From positions 1 to 64,000 of the forward strand of contig NMRA01000415.1 in assembly GCA_002633005.1 (NCBI GenBank): a DNA stretch of 64,000 bases. The letters are read 5' to 3'. How positions within the stretch are numbered: the first letter of the stretch is position 1; each line of letters starts with the position of its first letter. Positions 27,229-39,706 of the stretch are shown piece after piece. The notes beneath the pieces are model-generated. The model was not told the DNA's origin. It did not search any database and saw only the letters and a program-made list of their open reading frames with translations. Source of the stretch: Phoronis australis. Taxonomy: Eukaryota; Animalia; Phoronida. The translations under genes were made by a program, and so were the position numbers.

Positions 27229-28518
27229 GTAAGTGATATTCGCTGAAAGTTTTCAAGCTCTTTTCTTATTTTTTACTGGACGGGTGTCAATTCCTTGTAA
27301 TAAAAATGGCCTCTGGCTACATGAAAAATAACACAGTGGATTACAGAAATAGCAACCTTAAATTTAAAGTTGCACACGTCAAGTGTCATTTCGCATGCCA
27401 TGTTTTTTATCTTGGAAGCTGATACTGGACAATTAAAAAACTATTCATTTTGATCACATATTCCTGTTTGGTTCGTTTTTTCTAGTGACAGCATTTTCCC
27501 TACTTGATTTCATAGATTATTGTGAAAATTGTTAGAGTTAAAAAGAGCTGACACCATTGCTTGAAACCACGCTCAACATACAAATGATGCGCCGTAAATA
27601 GTCACTGTGTTGAACTGTTGATCATTCCGAGCTGGGAAATAATGCGTTATTTGAAGGTGAAACAAGTTGTGACCATACTAACATCTAGCCAAAACCTTGT
27701 GTTATCTTTTAAAATGCTTAGCAATACTTCACGTTATCTTGCAGTCTTACATTTAACGAGGTCCTAACGTTATTGAATTCACTGAGGCATGTTTAAAAGC
27801 AGAAAATAAATTAGTACATTTTAAAGTATGCCAATCGATTTTGGAGGCGGTTGACGGATATGGAATAATTTTAACTCGTAGGCGGCTGAAAGCTTTTTGC
27901 TTCGACGTCTTACACCTCTATCTCACCTTAGCGACCGTATATTAAAGGTACCAAAAACTAACAATGATTGCGATACCTGTAAATACTGCACATGTAGCCA
28001 AAGCCATGTGTTTTCATTGAAAATGCACTGCAATACACTAGCGTTAGTGAACTCACTGAGGCCTGTTTACATCAAAAAATGGATTCATCCATGTGTAAAT
28101 TATGTCAATCAATTTTGGAAGGGACTGACTGGTTCTGAATAAATTTAACTTTTAGGCGGCTGAAATATTTTTGCTTCGGCGTCCTAAACATCTAGCTTAC
28201 CCTAGTGTCAGTATATAAATGGTACCGAGAAAATAATGTTCCGATAGATGTCAGTACTGTACAACGGTAACAATAGAACACGATTGTTTTTAACCCAATT
28301 ATTAACTGGCTTCACATGTTTAATTGTCTACTGATACACTAAGGCGTCCACAAACCCTTGTTCTGTCCAAGAATAGACTTTTTGACTAGAACCACGTTCC
28401 ACGTATTAAGAGCAGTTTACACCGCAGTTTGGCTCGCTGGTGTATTTTAACTTATTTCGGTTAGCACGTTATACTTTGTGGACAGTCCGATTAAAAGATA
28501 TTCGACACTTACTTCCAG

Positions 28519-28697
28519 AAGCTCATGGGAGTGGAACGACATTGGCAAGGCTGTGCTGTTGAAGATCTACCTCGTGCCGTGGACGGAGCAACCGCTGGTT
28601 CATACGACCAAACTTTAGTAGAAAATGCTGGTCCGACTGAGGAACAGGTTGGTACAGTACTGCAAAGCTTTACCAAATCAAAAGGCGATGCCATCAC
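28519..28697 (+). pseudogene. repeat exon type Y lacking its terminal donor (about 40-bp deletion); possible short form to 28647
   Basis: gccatcac runs straight into cctaaaa, skipping the ...GAA|gtaagt seen in the paralogues. Confidence 0.5.
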
Positions 28698-30572
28698 CCT
28701 AAAAAGTTTCAAGTTCGTTTTTTAATTCGTCAAATAAATTTCGGTATGTTGCTTTGCCATCAATTTTGATTTGATGTTGCACTTACACTAAGGCTTTTTT
28801 CCTTTTTCATGCGCCAACATGTTTATCTGCGGACTCAATATGTCGTCATCCCCGTCCTGCGTAAGTCCGGCGTCCGTCCGGCGAGAGGCGTCCGGCGCCC
28901 GCTGCTTTATCCCCAAAACCCTTTGAGGTATATGTATGTTCATGATATTGTGCATATGTGTTCCTTTCATGGGTGGACGTTATGAGTGACATTTCGGACG
29001 GACCCGACTACAGGTGTGCAAAATATTTACTGAGTTTAGCAAGTGTATTCATATGATGTTGAGAATGGATCACGACGACTTTTCGATGCACCTGACTACC
29101 GGTGTGCCCCCTAGTGGCAATTTTATTTTTCTTGCTATTACCTCTGTATCACTAAAGGTCCTCGACGCGTTTCCATAAATTCGTCGTAGATTGCGTCACA
29201 TAGTAGCCATTTTTAATGTTTTTTGCGTCTGAATTTTGGATGCCCATCGATCTATTATCGACATCGCTATCAGGACGATTGGGGAGATTGGCACATATGT
29301 TTTTACTACAGTATGAAGAGGACGGTTTATTATGATTTTCCGACGACTTAGCTTACTGTGGCACCTGCTTGGGGTTGTTTTGTATGTTTTGTCCATGGCT
29401 GTATCTCCTAAACTGTTTGCAGGATCTTTATTAAATTTTCCAAGTGTACATTGTATTTATGTGATATTAACATTGATTTTCCGACGACTTAGCTTACTGT
29501 GGCACCTGCTTTGGGTTGTTTTGTATGTTTTGTCCATGGCTGTATCTCCTAAACTGTTTGCAGGATCTTTATTAAATTTTCCAAGTGTACATTGTATTTA
29601 TGTGATGTTAACAACGGACAACGACTACTTTCGGACCGATCTGACTACCATTGTGCCCCCTTGTGGCAACTTTATTTTGTTACGTTTAAATATGTGTAGA
29701 AGCCATGGGCGTTGAACACGCGGGATGTCGCATAGGATACGTTCATTCACAACTAAGTTAAAGTTGCATGCGCACTGTACTACAAGAACGGTTTCACTGA
29801 AACAAATATACTGCGCTAAACCGTCTTATACAATACGAGAAACGGCCAGCCAGGGTAGTATGACAAAAGTAGTATGAACTTACAATGATGTATGCTCTAG
29901 GCTCCATCTAATCATCGATAGTGTTATATGAGTTACTAGCATAACAATACTATGTATCACCTAATATCCTCAAAGAATTTTCACGAACTTTTGAACATAG
30001 GCATCTATTTGTGAGGTGGCGCTATCATTCAATTGTCGGATAGAATTGAAGTATTTTACAGCACCTAGTAGCCATTTTTTGTTGTTTACATGTCTCAGCT
30101 TTTTGGAGTTCAACCATCTAGGAACCAAAATATTCTTAAGATGGTTTTGGAAATTGGCGTGGATGCTGTACATGTATTCTGATTGTGAAGAGAACACGTT
30201 CTCAGTTTGAAGAGGACGGTTGACGATGAGGACGTCGAGTATTGTGGCGCTTCCTAGCGGCAGTTTTGTTTTGTTTTGCGCCCAATGCGGTATCTTTATT
30301 TAATTTAGGAAGCGAAGCTACATTTAACAACAGGCGACGATGACTTTCAGGCGGTTCTGACGAACATTGCGCCCCTTAGTTGTAATTTCATTTTATTATG
30401 TTTTCCTTTGCTTCTCTGAAGTTCCCTGTTAGATTTTCTTTCAAATTTGGTAAAAACTTTTGGTTTAATATACCAATGACATTTTCAACGTTTGAGATGG
30501 TTTGGACTTTTTTTTATTGTGGCCATTTTTATTATACAAAAATGACCCTGAACGCACATGATTTTCGGTCTN

Positions 30573-32617
30573 GTCTACTGATACACTAAGGCGTCCACAA
30601 ACCCTTGTTCTGTCCAAGAATAGACTTTTTGACTAGAACCACGTTCCATGTATTAAGAGCAGTTTACACCGCAGTTTGGCTCGCTGGTGTATCTTAACTT
30701 ATTTCGGTTAGCACGTTATACTTTGTGGACAGTCCGATTAAAAGATATTCGACACTTACTTCCAGAAGCTCATGGGAGTGGAACGACAATGGCAAGGCTG
30801 TGCTGTTGAAGATCTACCTCGTGCCGTGGACGGAGCAACCGCTGGTTCATACGACCAAACTTTAGTAGCGAATGCTGGTCCGACTGAGGAACAGGTTGGT
30901 ACAGTACTCCAAAGTTTTACCAAATCAAAAGGCGATGCCATCACCCTAAAAAGTTTCAAGTTCGTTTTTTAATTCGTCAAATAAATTTCGGTAGGTACAT
31001 GTATGTTGCTTTGGCATCAATTTTGATTTGATGTTGCACTTACACTAAGGCTTTTTTCCTTTTTCATGCGCCAACATGTTTATCTGCGGACTCAATATGT
31101 CGTCATCCCCGTCCTGCGTCAGTCCGGCGTCCGTCCGGCGAGAGGCGTCCGGCGCCCGCTGCTTTATCCCCAAAACCATTTGAGGTATATGTATGTTCAT
31201 GATATTGTGCATATGTATTCCTTTCATGGGTGGATGTTATGAGTGACATTTCGGACGGATCCGACTACCTGTGTGCAAAATATTTACTGAGTTTAGCAAG
31301 TGTATTCAAATGATGTTGAGAATGGATGACGACGACTTTCCGATGAATCTGACTACCGGTGTGCCCCCTAGTGGCAATTTTATTTTTCTTGCTATTACCT
31401 CACTAAAGGTCCTCGACGCGTTTCCATAAATTCGTCGTAGATTGCGTAACATAGTAGCCATTTTTAATGTTTTTTTGCGTCTGAATTTTTGATGCACATC
31501 GATCTGTTATCTACATCGTTATCAGGACGATTGCGGAGATTGGCACATGTTTTTACTACAGTACGAAGAGGACGGTTTATTATGATTTTCCGACGACTTA
31601 GCTTACTGTGGCACCTGCTTTGGGTTGTTTTGTATGTTTTGTCCATGGCTGTATCTCCTAAACNAACGTACAACGACTACTTTCGGACCGATCTGACTAC
31701 CATTGTGCCCCCTTGTGGCAACTTTATTTTGTTACGTTTAAATATGTGTAGAAGCCATGGGCATTGAACACACGGGATGTCGCATAGGATACGTTCATTC
31801 ACAACTAAGTTAAAGTTGCATGCGCACTGTACTACAAGAACGGTTTCACTGAAACAAATATACTGCACTAAACCGTCTTATACAATACGAGAAACGGCCA
31901 GCCAGGGTAGTATGACAAAAGTAGTGTGAACTTACAATGATGTATGCTCTAGGCTCCATCTAATCATCGATAGTGTTATATGAGTTACTAGCATAACAAT
32001 ACTATGTATCACCTAATATCCTCAAAGAATTTTCACGAACTTTTGAATATAGGCATCTATTGGTGAGGTGGCGCTATCATTCAATTGTCGGATAGAATTG
32101 AGGTATTTTACAGCACCTAGTAGCCATTTTTTGTTGTTTACATGTCTCAGCTTTTTGGAGTTCAACCATCTAGCAACCAAAATATTCTTAAGATGGTTTT
32201 GGAAATTGGAGTGGATGCTGTACATGTATTCTGATTGTGAAGAGAACACGTTCTCAGTTTGAAGAGGACGGTTGACGATGAGGACGTCGAATATTGTGGC
32301 GCTTCCTAGCGGCAGTTTTGTTTTGTTTTGCGCCCAATGCGGTATCTTTATTTAATTTAGTACGCGAAGCTACATGTAACAACAGGCGACGATGACTTTC
32401 AGGCGGTTCTGACGAACATTGCGCCCCCTAGTTGTAATTTCATTTTATTATGTTTTCTTTGCTTCTCTGAAGTTCCCTGATAGATTTTCTTTCAAATTTG
32501 GTAAAAACTTTTCGTTTAATATACCAATGACATTTTCAAAGTTTGAGATAGTTTGCACTTTCTTGTGGCCATTTTTATCATACAAAAATAACCCTGAACG
32601 CACATGATTTTCGGTCT
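30573..32617. repeat. tandem duplicate of 28326-30571, starting right after an N
   Basis: Collinear near-identity; internal N at 31664. Confidence 0.9.
30766..30944 (+). pseudogene. repeat exon type Y lacking its terminal donor (duplicate of 28519); possible short form to 30894
   Basis: Near-identical to the 28519 copy. Confidence 0.5.
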
Positions 32618-33697
32618 ATTCGTGGCCGCACTTCAACTCTCCCCTTCGCCCATGCCTTTTGTTTGTTTGCACTCTACATTGTACAGGTTGCATTTCTAGA
32701 CTGATTTGCACGACTTTTTCACGAAACCGCTACCTTTAGTAGTAGTACAAGCCTACTGTTTTTCCTAATTTTCTAATTCAAATGGCAAACGTGGCGGCCA
32801 TTTTCTTTTAGAGTTCCGTTTCAACTGCACTTAGAGACCGTGGTTTTTGACGTAGACAGTGGAAAATCGGCACCTTTATTGTCGCCAATATGTACTACAA
32901 ATGTACTGGAACTCATTGACTTCCGGTCAAAGATAACGGAAATATTGACCATTGCGCACGCGACCCTCATTTTTTTGGGCAAGAAAGTTTTGTCCTGCAG
33001 AGGGCGCATTGTAGGACAAACTTCGAAGTTTTTCATGTAGTGTCCTGGCGAATCTGGCGCATTTTCATCCGTTTTCAACTCCTGCTGTTTTGAACGGAAA
33101 AAGTAAATGACGTGAATTTTTGCATGTAGATTCTCTGAGGTATATTGTATCAAATGATCTGCAACAACTTCTTCTCAGACTTACGGTTTTGAGTTATTTG
33201 ACTTTGAGTTTCAAAATATTGAAAAATTTGAAAACTTTTGTTCATTTTATGGAATTTTTTTGAAACAAATGCACAAGATAGAATTTCGAAGGGGCTTTCA
33301 CAGGTTGCCCTTTTTTGAATTATTTAAGGTTTTCATTGTCTAATAATTTTGCTGCATCTTTAATCATCATCATCATCGTCATCATCATCATCTGCATTGG
33401 AGTATTTTTTTGTTAAATTCACCAAGTGTCGCTTCTCCGAACGCTTTCATTTAATGTTACTTAATTTAGTTCCCTCCTGTCATGTGAACAATAATACAGT
33501 AGATTACAGACATAGCGTAACTATTCGCATCGTTTTGATTGTTAAGCCCGTACGTCAAAGCTCACACACGTCTCTCCGTTGTAGGGGTTAACAAAATCTG
33601 CAGCCTTATCTTCTTGCTGTGTCCCATCAGATAACTTTTCTATTTAATTTCTGTTTTTGTATTGGCCCATCATAAATACGAGTACATCTGTTTACAG

Positions 33698-33775
33698 GAA
33701 AATGAAGCTGCTTTCGACGTTTGCGAAGGACAACGTGACATCGGCTATGTTGAGAAAATGAGGAATATGTTTCAG
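33698..33775 (+). CDS. repeat exon type X (ENEAAFDVCEGQRDIGYVEKMRNMFQ)
   Basis: tttacag|...CAG|gtactc; 78 nt, open. Confidence 0.6.
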
Positions 33776-34229
33776 GTACTCAGTGGTGAATTTAGACTAT
33801 TACCATCTGGCCACTATTTTATAAACTATCTCCACCTGTTTGACTACTGGTCCGCTTATTCGTCAATTGAAGTCCTGTTCGGTCCAGTATGCAGATTCTT
33901 ATTAGGACCACAGTCCACGTAATTGTAAAATTGTTTACAAATTGTTCTGCACTTGGATGAGGAATTATTTCTGACTTCACTCAGAGCTCATCTCTTTTTG
34001 AACGACAAGTCCACAATATACCTGCATAAAATATCACGTCTTGAAAAGCTATCTTTTAGAGCCCGGTCTTAAGCCAAAGAAATCTTTTGAAGCCCTGAAG
34101 TGACCTTCAAATTTTCTAAGTAACAGTTAACTCCCCAGTATGGCTGGCTGCTGTACTTCAGCGTATATTGGTTAGCACGTTGTACTCTACGGACAGTCCG
34201 ATTGAAACATATCCGTAACACACTTCCAG

Positions 34230-34442
34230 AAAAACATGGAAGTGGAACAACAAAGACAAGGTTGTGGTGTTGAAGGAGTATTAGCTGCCGTTGAACGAGC
34301 GACCGCTGGTTCCCCTGATCAAACTTTAGGTGCGAGTGATGGTCCGCATAAGGAACAGGTTGCTGTAATAGGCCTACTTGAACCTTTTACCAAATCAAAA
34401 GGCAAAACCATCACTGAGGGTGAAGCAGATGACGAAATAGAA
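34230..34442 (+). CDS. repeat exon type Y (KNMEVEQQRQGC...EADDEIE), 71 aa
   Basis: cttccag|...GAA|gtaagt; 213 nt, open. Confidence 0.72.
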
Positions 34443-35469
34443 GTAAGTGACATTCGCTGAATGTTTTGAAGCTCTTTTCTATTTTTTTTACTCGAGTTAA
34501 TTGACTGTAGTTAAATTGACTCATGACCAATAATACAGTGGATTACAGAAATAGCATTTCTGTATTGTCTAATCTGTAACCAGTAATAAGAAGTCTTGGG
34601 TAAATCTACAGTAGCACACTTAATTTTGCATGTCACGTTTTTTATGTTGGAAGCTGATAGTGGACAATTAAAATAATAATCGTTTTGATCACACATTCCT
34701 GTTTGGTTTGTATGTTTCTTGCCAAAACATTTTTTATTTTTTCTTACTTGCCTTCGCGAGGAATAAATATACTTTATCTGTGTTACCCATCACCCCCATT
34801 GCTTAGGATTCTCGCCAGCAATACGACGAGAGGATCAGAACAACGGTTATTCAATCAAAACTATCTACATGTATGGGTGCTTCAACTTTAACCTTTCAAA
34901 GTTACTTTTACGAAAAATCGCAGATGAAGACTCTTGTTTTGTACTAACATGACGACTAAGCACGACAATATAATCTAAGGTCAGCATCGTGAGGTACATG
35001 TAGTAATCAAACATGGTAGACCTCACAAGTTTGAGTTGCGTTTTACATGTAGTAATCAAACATGGTAGACCTCACAAGTTTGAGTTGCGTTTAAGGTAAA
35101 AGCAAAACTTTCTGTTATCACATTGATATAGTCACGTGACACTAAGCCTGGAGTTTAATGTTCGAATTTTTGCTTGAGACGGGTGTCATTGTCTGTTGCA
35201 AGCGCTTTTTACCTATTTGCGCGACATAGTGGCCATTTTCAATGTTTTTGAGTCAGTTTTTATATGTGGACGCATTATGCCGTAATCTCCGTCCGTCCGT
35301 CCGCGTTGCTCTTGTTACCTGTTAGGTTTGTTGTAGTCTTGACTCAAACATTTTTATATGTGGACGCATTATGCCATCATCTCCGTCCGTCCGTCCGTGT
35401 TGCTCTTGTTATTGTAGTCTTGACTCAAACATTTTTTATCTAAGGTTTGTTGCATTTTTCCGACCAAAA

Positions 35470-35760
35470 CTTTTTAATCTATAAGTCTCCTGCGAGCACT
35501 TTTCCATCAAGTTTCCTTCCTCTTTAATGAAAACACCTTCTCATCTATTAAGTTAGAGATAGATTTTCCGCAAGCTGTTTTTAAATCACGTAGTTTGGGG
35601 CAAGTTTCCAGCAAACTTAAGTATTTGAAGGTAAGATGCGGCAATGTGTGTGGCTGATTTGCGGGTAGCGACAAATTCCTGCAGTTACTGCGGCTTGTTT
35701 GCCGCAAGGTTGCGGAATGTTTGCAGCAAGATTGCAGCAAACGTAGCGTTTTGGTATGGG
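35470..35760 (-). mobile_element. inverted terminal fragment of the same CACTA-like family as 48336-50759
   Basis: Ends in ttttggtatggg; reverse-complement similarity to 48336-48750. Confidence 0.7.
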
Positions 35761-36661
35761 CGCTGCCTTTTATTGTGGCAAAACCATTTCTGTTCCACCT
35801 GAGGGGCATAAACTTTATTGCTTGTAAATTAAGCGTAGTTTGGCACATTTGCCAGCCTTAATTTGTCATCGATATCTTTGTGTGGTATTATATCTTACTG
35901 TCTAAGTGTGGGAATAAATGCGCTTCTGTTGCATTACGATCGTAGAAATTAAAATATTTGGAGGTAAAAAGAGCTGACACTCATTGCTTGAGACCACGCT
36001 CAATGTACAAATTATCCGCCGTAAAAAGTCACTTTGTTGAACTGTTGATCCTTTCCAAGCGGGGAAATCATATGTTATTTGAATGTGAAACAAGTTGAGA
36101 CCAGACTCATATCTCCGATATACAAACATTTTCTAATTCAGATATTTTCCGGTCTACATGTACGCCAGGAACTCGCTAAACTCTAGCCTGAACCACACAT
36201 CGATACCCCACATAATCAAGCCAATTCTTAGTTTTTACCGAAGTTCTAACGTTATTGAACTCACTGAGGCCTTGTTACAAGCAGAAAGTGGATTCATACT
36301 TTTATAAAGTATGTCAATCAATTTTATAAGGGGGTATTGACTGGTTTTGAATAAATTTAACTCGTAGGCGGCTGAAATCATTTTGCTTCGGCGTCCTACA
36401 TCTCCAACTCACCCTAGCGTCAGTAATGTATGTTAATGGTACAGAAAAAATAACAATGGTTCCAACACATGTCAATACTTGTAGCGCGTGATCTCGGAGC
36501 AATGGCTGTCAGTTCTTTTGAAGGCCTGAACTGATCTTCAAATTCACTGAGAAACAATTTACGCCCCAAAATTGCTTGCTGCTGAATTTCTAACTTATTT
36601 TGTTTTGCACATAATGCCCTATGTGCAGTCCGATTAAAACATATTCGAAACTCACTTCCAG

Positions 36662-36868
36662 GAACACAAAGAACCGGGAGAGCAAAGGCAAGGTTGTGCT
36701 TTTGAAATTTTACCGCGTGCCGTGAAAGGAACAATCATGGGTTCATCTGATCAAACTTTGGAAGCTAGTGCTAATCCGATTGTGGAACAGGTTGGTGCTG
36801 TACCCAAAGATTTTACCAAATCAAAACCCAAAACCATCAATGAGGGTGAGAGGGACGACAAACTAGAA
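36662..36868 (+). CDS. repeat exon type Y, last copy (EHKEPGEQRQGC...ERDDKLE), 69 aa
   Basis: cttccag|...GAA|gtgagt; 207 nt, open; not listed in the ORF track. Confidence 0.72.
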
Positions 36869-39588
36869 GTGAGTGGTCATTCCTAAAATGTGATGGATTC
36901 GTTTTCTATATTTTACTCAACTTACAGTAATAAAACTGGCCTCCGGCCATGTATGAACCACTATAACAAAAGATTACAAAAACAGCAGATCTGCGTCGTC
37001 TCATCTGTTCTCCCAGATCAACCTTGTATTGTATTAAGATCATGAAGTTACAAGTATTTGGAGTGAAAAAAGCTGACACTCATTGCTTGGGATAACGCTC
37101 AACGTACAAATCATCCGCCAAGCTGGGAAAACATACCTTATTGGAATGCGAAACAAGTTGAAACCAAAGTCAAATCTTTGAGATAAAGAAATGTCGCTAG
37201 AGTTCAGAAAATCTAGGACCTAGGCTAGACCTTGCTAAAATCTAGATAAACCACGTGTTCTCTTTTTAAAGTACAGAAATACCTTACGTATCCTAGCGAA
37301 GTCTTGCCTTTTAGCGAGGTTCTAGCATTTATTACGTAATCCAACACTGCGTGAATTATCTTACTCATACATGTATGGAGTACCTTAGCCTGAATGAAAG
37401 TAGTTCACTTCTTTCATTTTGCTTGGTAGTCGGTGCTTTGTGAACACGGTGGCTCGCGATTCCACTCGGGGATTCCATTAATAGGGTATTCCCCGAGTAT
37501 GCATGACAAGGGAGATAAGTTTTTATTTTGATACATAAACGGATCGACAAGTACGGATATTCTCAGCTACAAGGATTATAATTACCATTTTTAAGAACGT
37601 AGTCCTAACTGCTACAAAACTCATTCAAATTACAACAATGACGAATCGTTTTATAGCGGTTTATTTGGGTCGAATACGAACCGATACAGCACTGTATAAT
37701 CTCGAGTGATCCAGCCTCATCACCCGTTTTTCGCGATATTTTGTAAATGTGATGTGCCATATGTGAAAGACTAGTCGCCAACCGACTAGAGCGACGACTT
37801 ACGTGAAAAGGGAGGTCCTATCGTTATTGAACTCCTTGAAGCTTGGTAATAAGCGGAAAGTGGTTTCATATCAGCTTTCAAAGTTCTTCAATCATTTTTG
37901 AAAGTGGTTTGACAGATTAAGAGTTAGTTTTACACAGAAGCACATTACATGTATATCACCATTTTTGCTTCAATCCTAAATTCTAACTCACCATAGCATC
38001 AGTAGACTAATCGTGTTACGCTGTGTGAAACTAACGATCACACAGCCAGTTAATACGGTGTATTAGAATACATTGTTTGAAGTGCCCTCTCATGAATACA
38101 TGTAGGTTGTATATTACCACCATCGGTCTATGGTTATCCTCCGTTCGGCGTTCGCTGCTGTATCTTATAAGTCCCAAGCAGGATGTGAATAAAATTTGGC
38201 AGACGTGTTCCTACATTATCATTCTTATGACGGATGCGGCAACGGGTCTTGAGCTGATCTGACTATCACTGTGCTAATGGCTATTTCATTTTGTTTACGT
38301 TTGCTTCTGTATCTTTGTTCTTCTTGACGGATTTTACTAAAGTCGGCAACTAGGTTTCTATTCGGGGGACGACGACACTCTGTCACTTTCGGATGCATTT
38401 GCTGTTTCCGGCCTCTCTAAGTAGCTATTTTTATTTTTGAGTTCGTTTTTGTGGCCCGCTTTTCTTAGCGCCAAACTGCTCGAAGGGTGAATTTGCAATT
38501 TGATATATTTGTTCCTGTTGATAGAACTACAGCGGATGTTGATTTTCTGTAGCTTCCTACAGTTATGCACTCAGGTAGAAAATGTATAGTTTTTTTCTTT
38601 TAGACATTTATGTTCGACGGATTTTAATGAAAGTTTTTTTTATTACATTTTATTAAGGACACACACAGAGGTAATTTTACTCCAGTTGGATTCAAGGGAT
38701 TGGCGCTGCCTATTGGTCATGTTTACGATTTCGAGTGTCCGTTTTGACTCTCTAGCCGCCAAACCGGCTTAAGGGTCGTTAGAAACATTACAGGAGACAC
38801 GTCCCAGCTTTTATTACGATAGATGGCGCTGGTTTTCGAACGGGCTTTTTGCTGTGACGCTCCTTACTGCCACCATTATTGTTTATTGAAAATCTATGGC
38901 CTTAGTGTTTTCATTCAACGTTACAACAAATAATCACAACTTTTACAACGATTTGACCAAGGTTGTGCTGTCCAGTGGCAACTTTTTATTTATCGTTTGC
39001 CTCTGTATCATGATGCGCTCTTTACTTCTTTTATGACATTTGGTAAACATGTTTCTATTATAGTGACATTAGCGCCATTCTAACCTCGCGGCCAAATTTA
39101 TTATTCTTAAGTCACCATGTTTCCTATTCTTCATCTCGGGATCATTGTGAAAGTCGGCACCTGTATGTGATCTGACTGATCAGAGCATTACTGTCAGCAC
39201 CCTCTGTTGGAATTTGTTACATCTGCAGCTGCGTCTCGATAACTCCTTGCAGCACCATTGTAAGATCTGTCTTGTGTATTCCATTGCCCTTTGAAGTTGA
39301 TGATCATTTCTTTCGGAACATTTAGCCTGCCAGAGCGACACCTATTATCAATATGTATTTTACGTTCATCACTTTCTCTTTGGAGATTTTTTTGCGGATT
39401 TTCATGAAATTCGGCTACTAGCGGTCTATTTACAGTATCAACACGTGGTTCTATTTTTGAACGTTTTGTTACATTCTATGCCATCTGTCTGTCTTTCATA
39501 ATAATAAAGATCCCTTAAAGCATATATTTACATTGCCGACGATGGGCTTCCTTCAACGTTTCACATTGCTCTTGTTTGTATATTAAAG

Positions 39589-39706
39589 AATTCAAGCGAA
39601 AAAGAGGAAAACAGAAATAGGTGCAACAGCGCTCAACCCACCAACGATGCGAAAGGACATACTGTTTATCCTGATGTGGAAGAATTTGACGACATGGAGG
39701 GTCAAT
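39589..39706 (+). CDS. acidic linker exon (NSSEKEENRNRC...DVEEFDDMEGQ) joining the phase-0 repeat exons to the ZU5-like exon
   Basis: attaaag|AAT...CAAT|gtaagc; open, phase 0 to 1; the split codon T+GG gives Trp in frame with exon 40735. Confidence 0.7.

Noticed and set aside
29332-29715. 127-aa hydrophobic ORF as a membrane protein
   Set aside because: Produced by a 141-bp tandem duplication inside a Helentron-like repeat; no splice or homology support.
10465-34460. Y repeats as a family of stand-alone small single-exon genes starting at their ATG
   Set aside because: The ATG is not conserved (TTG at 22090, AAA at 36668), while the upstream AG acceptor and GAA|gt donor are; they behave as internal exons.
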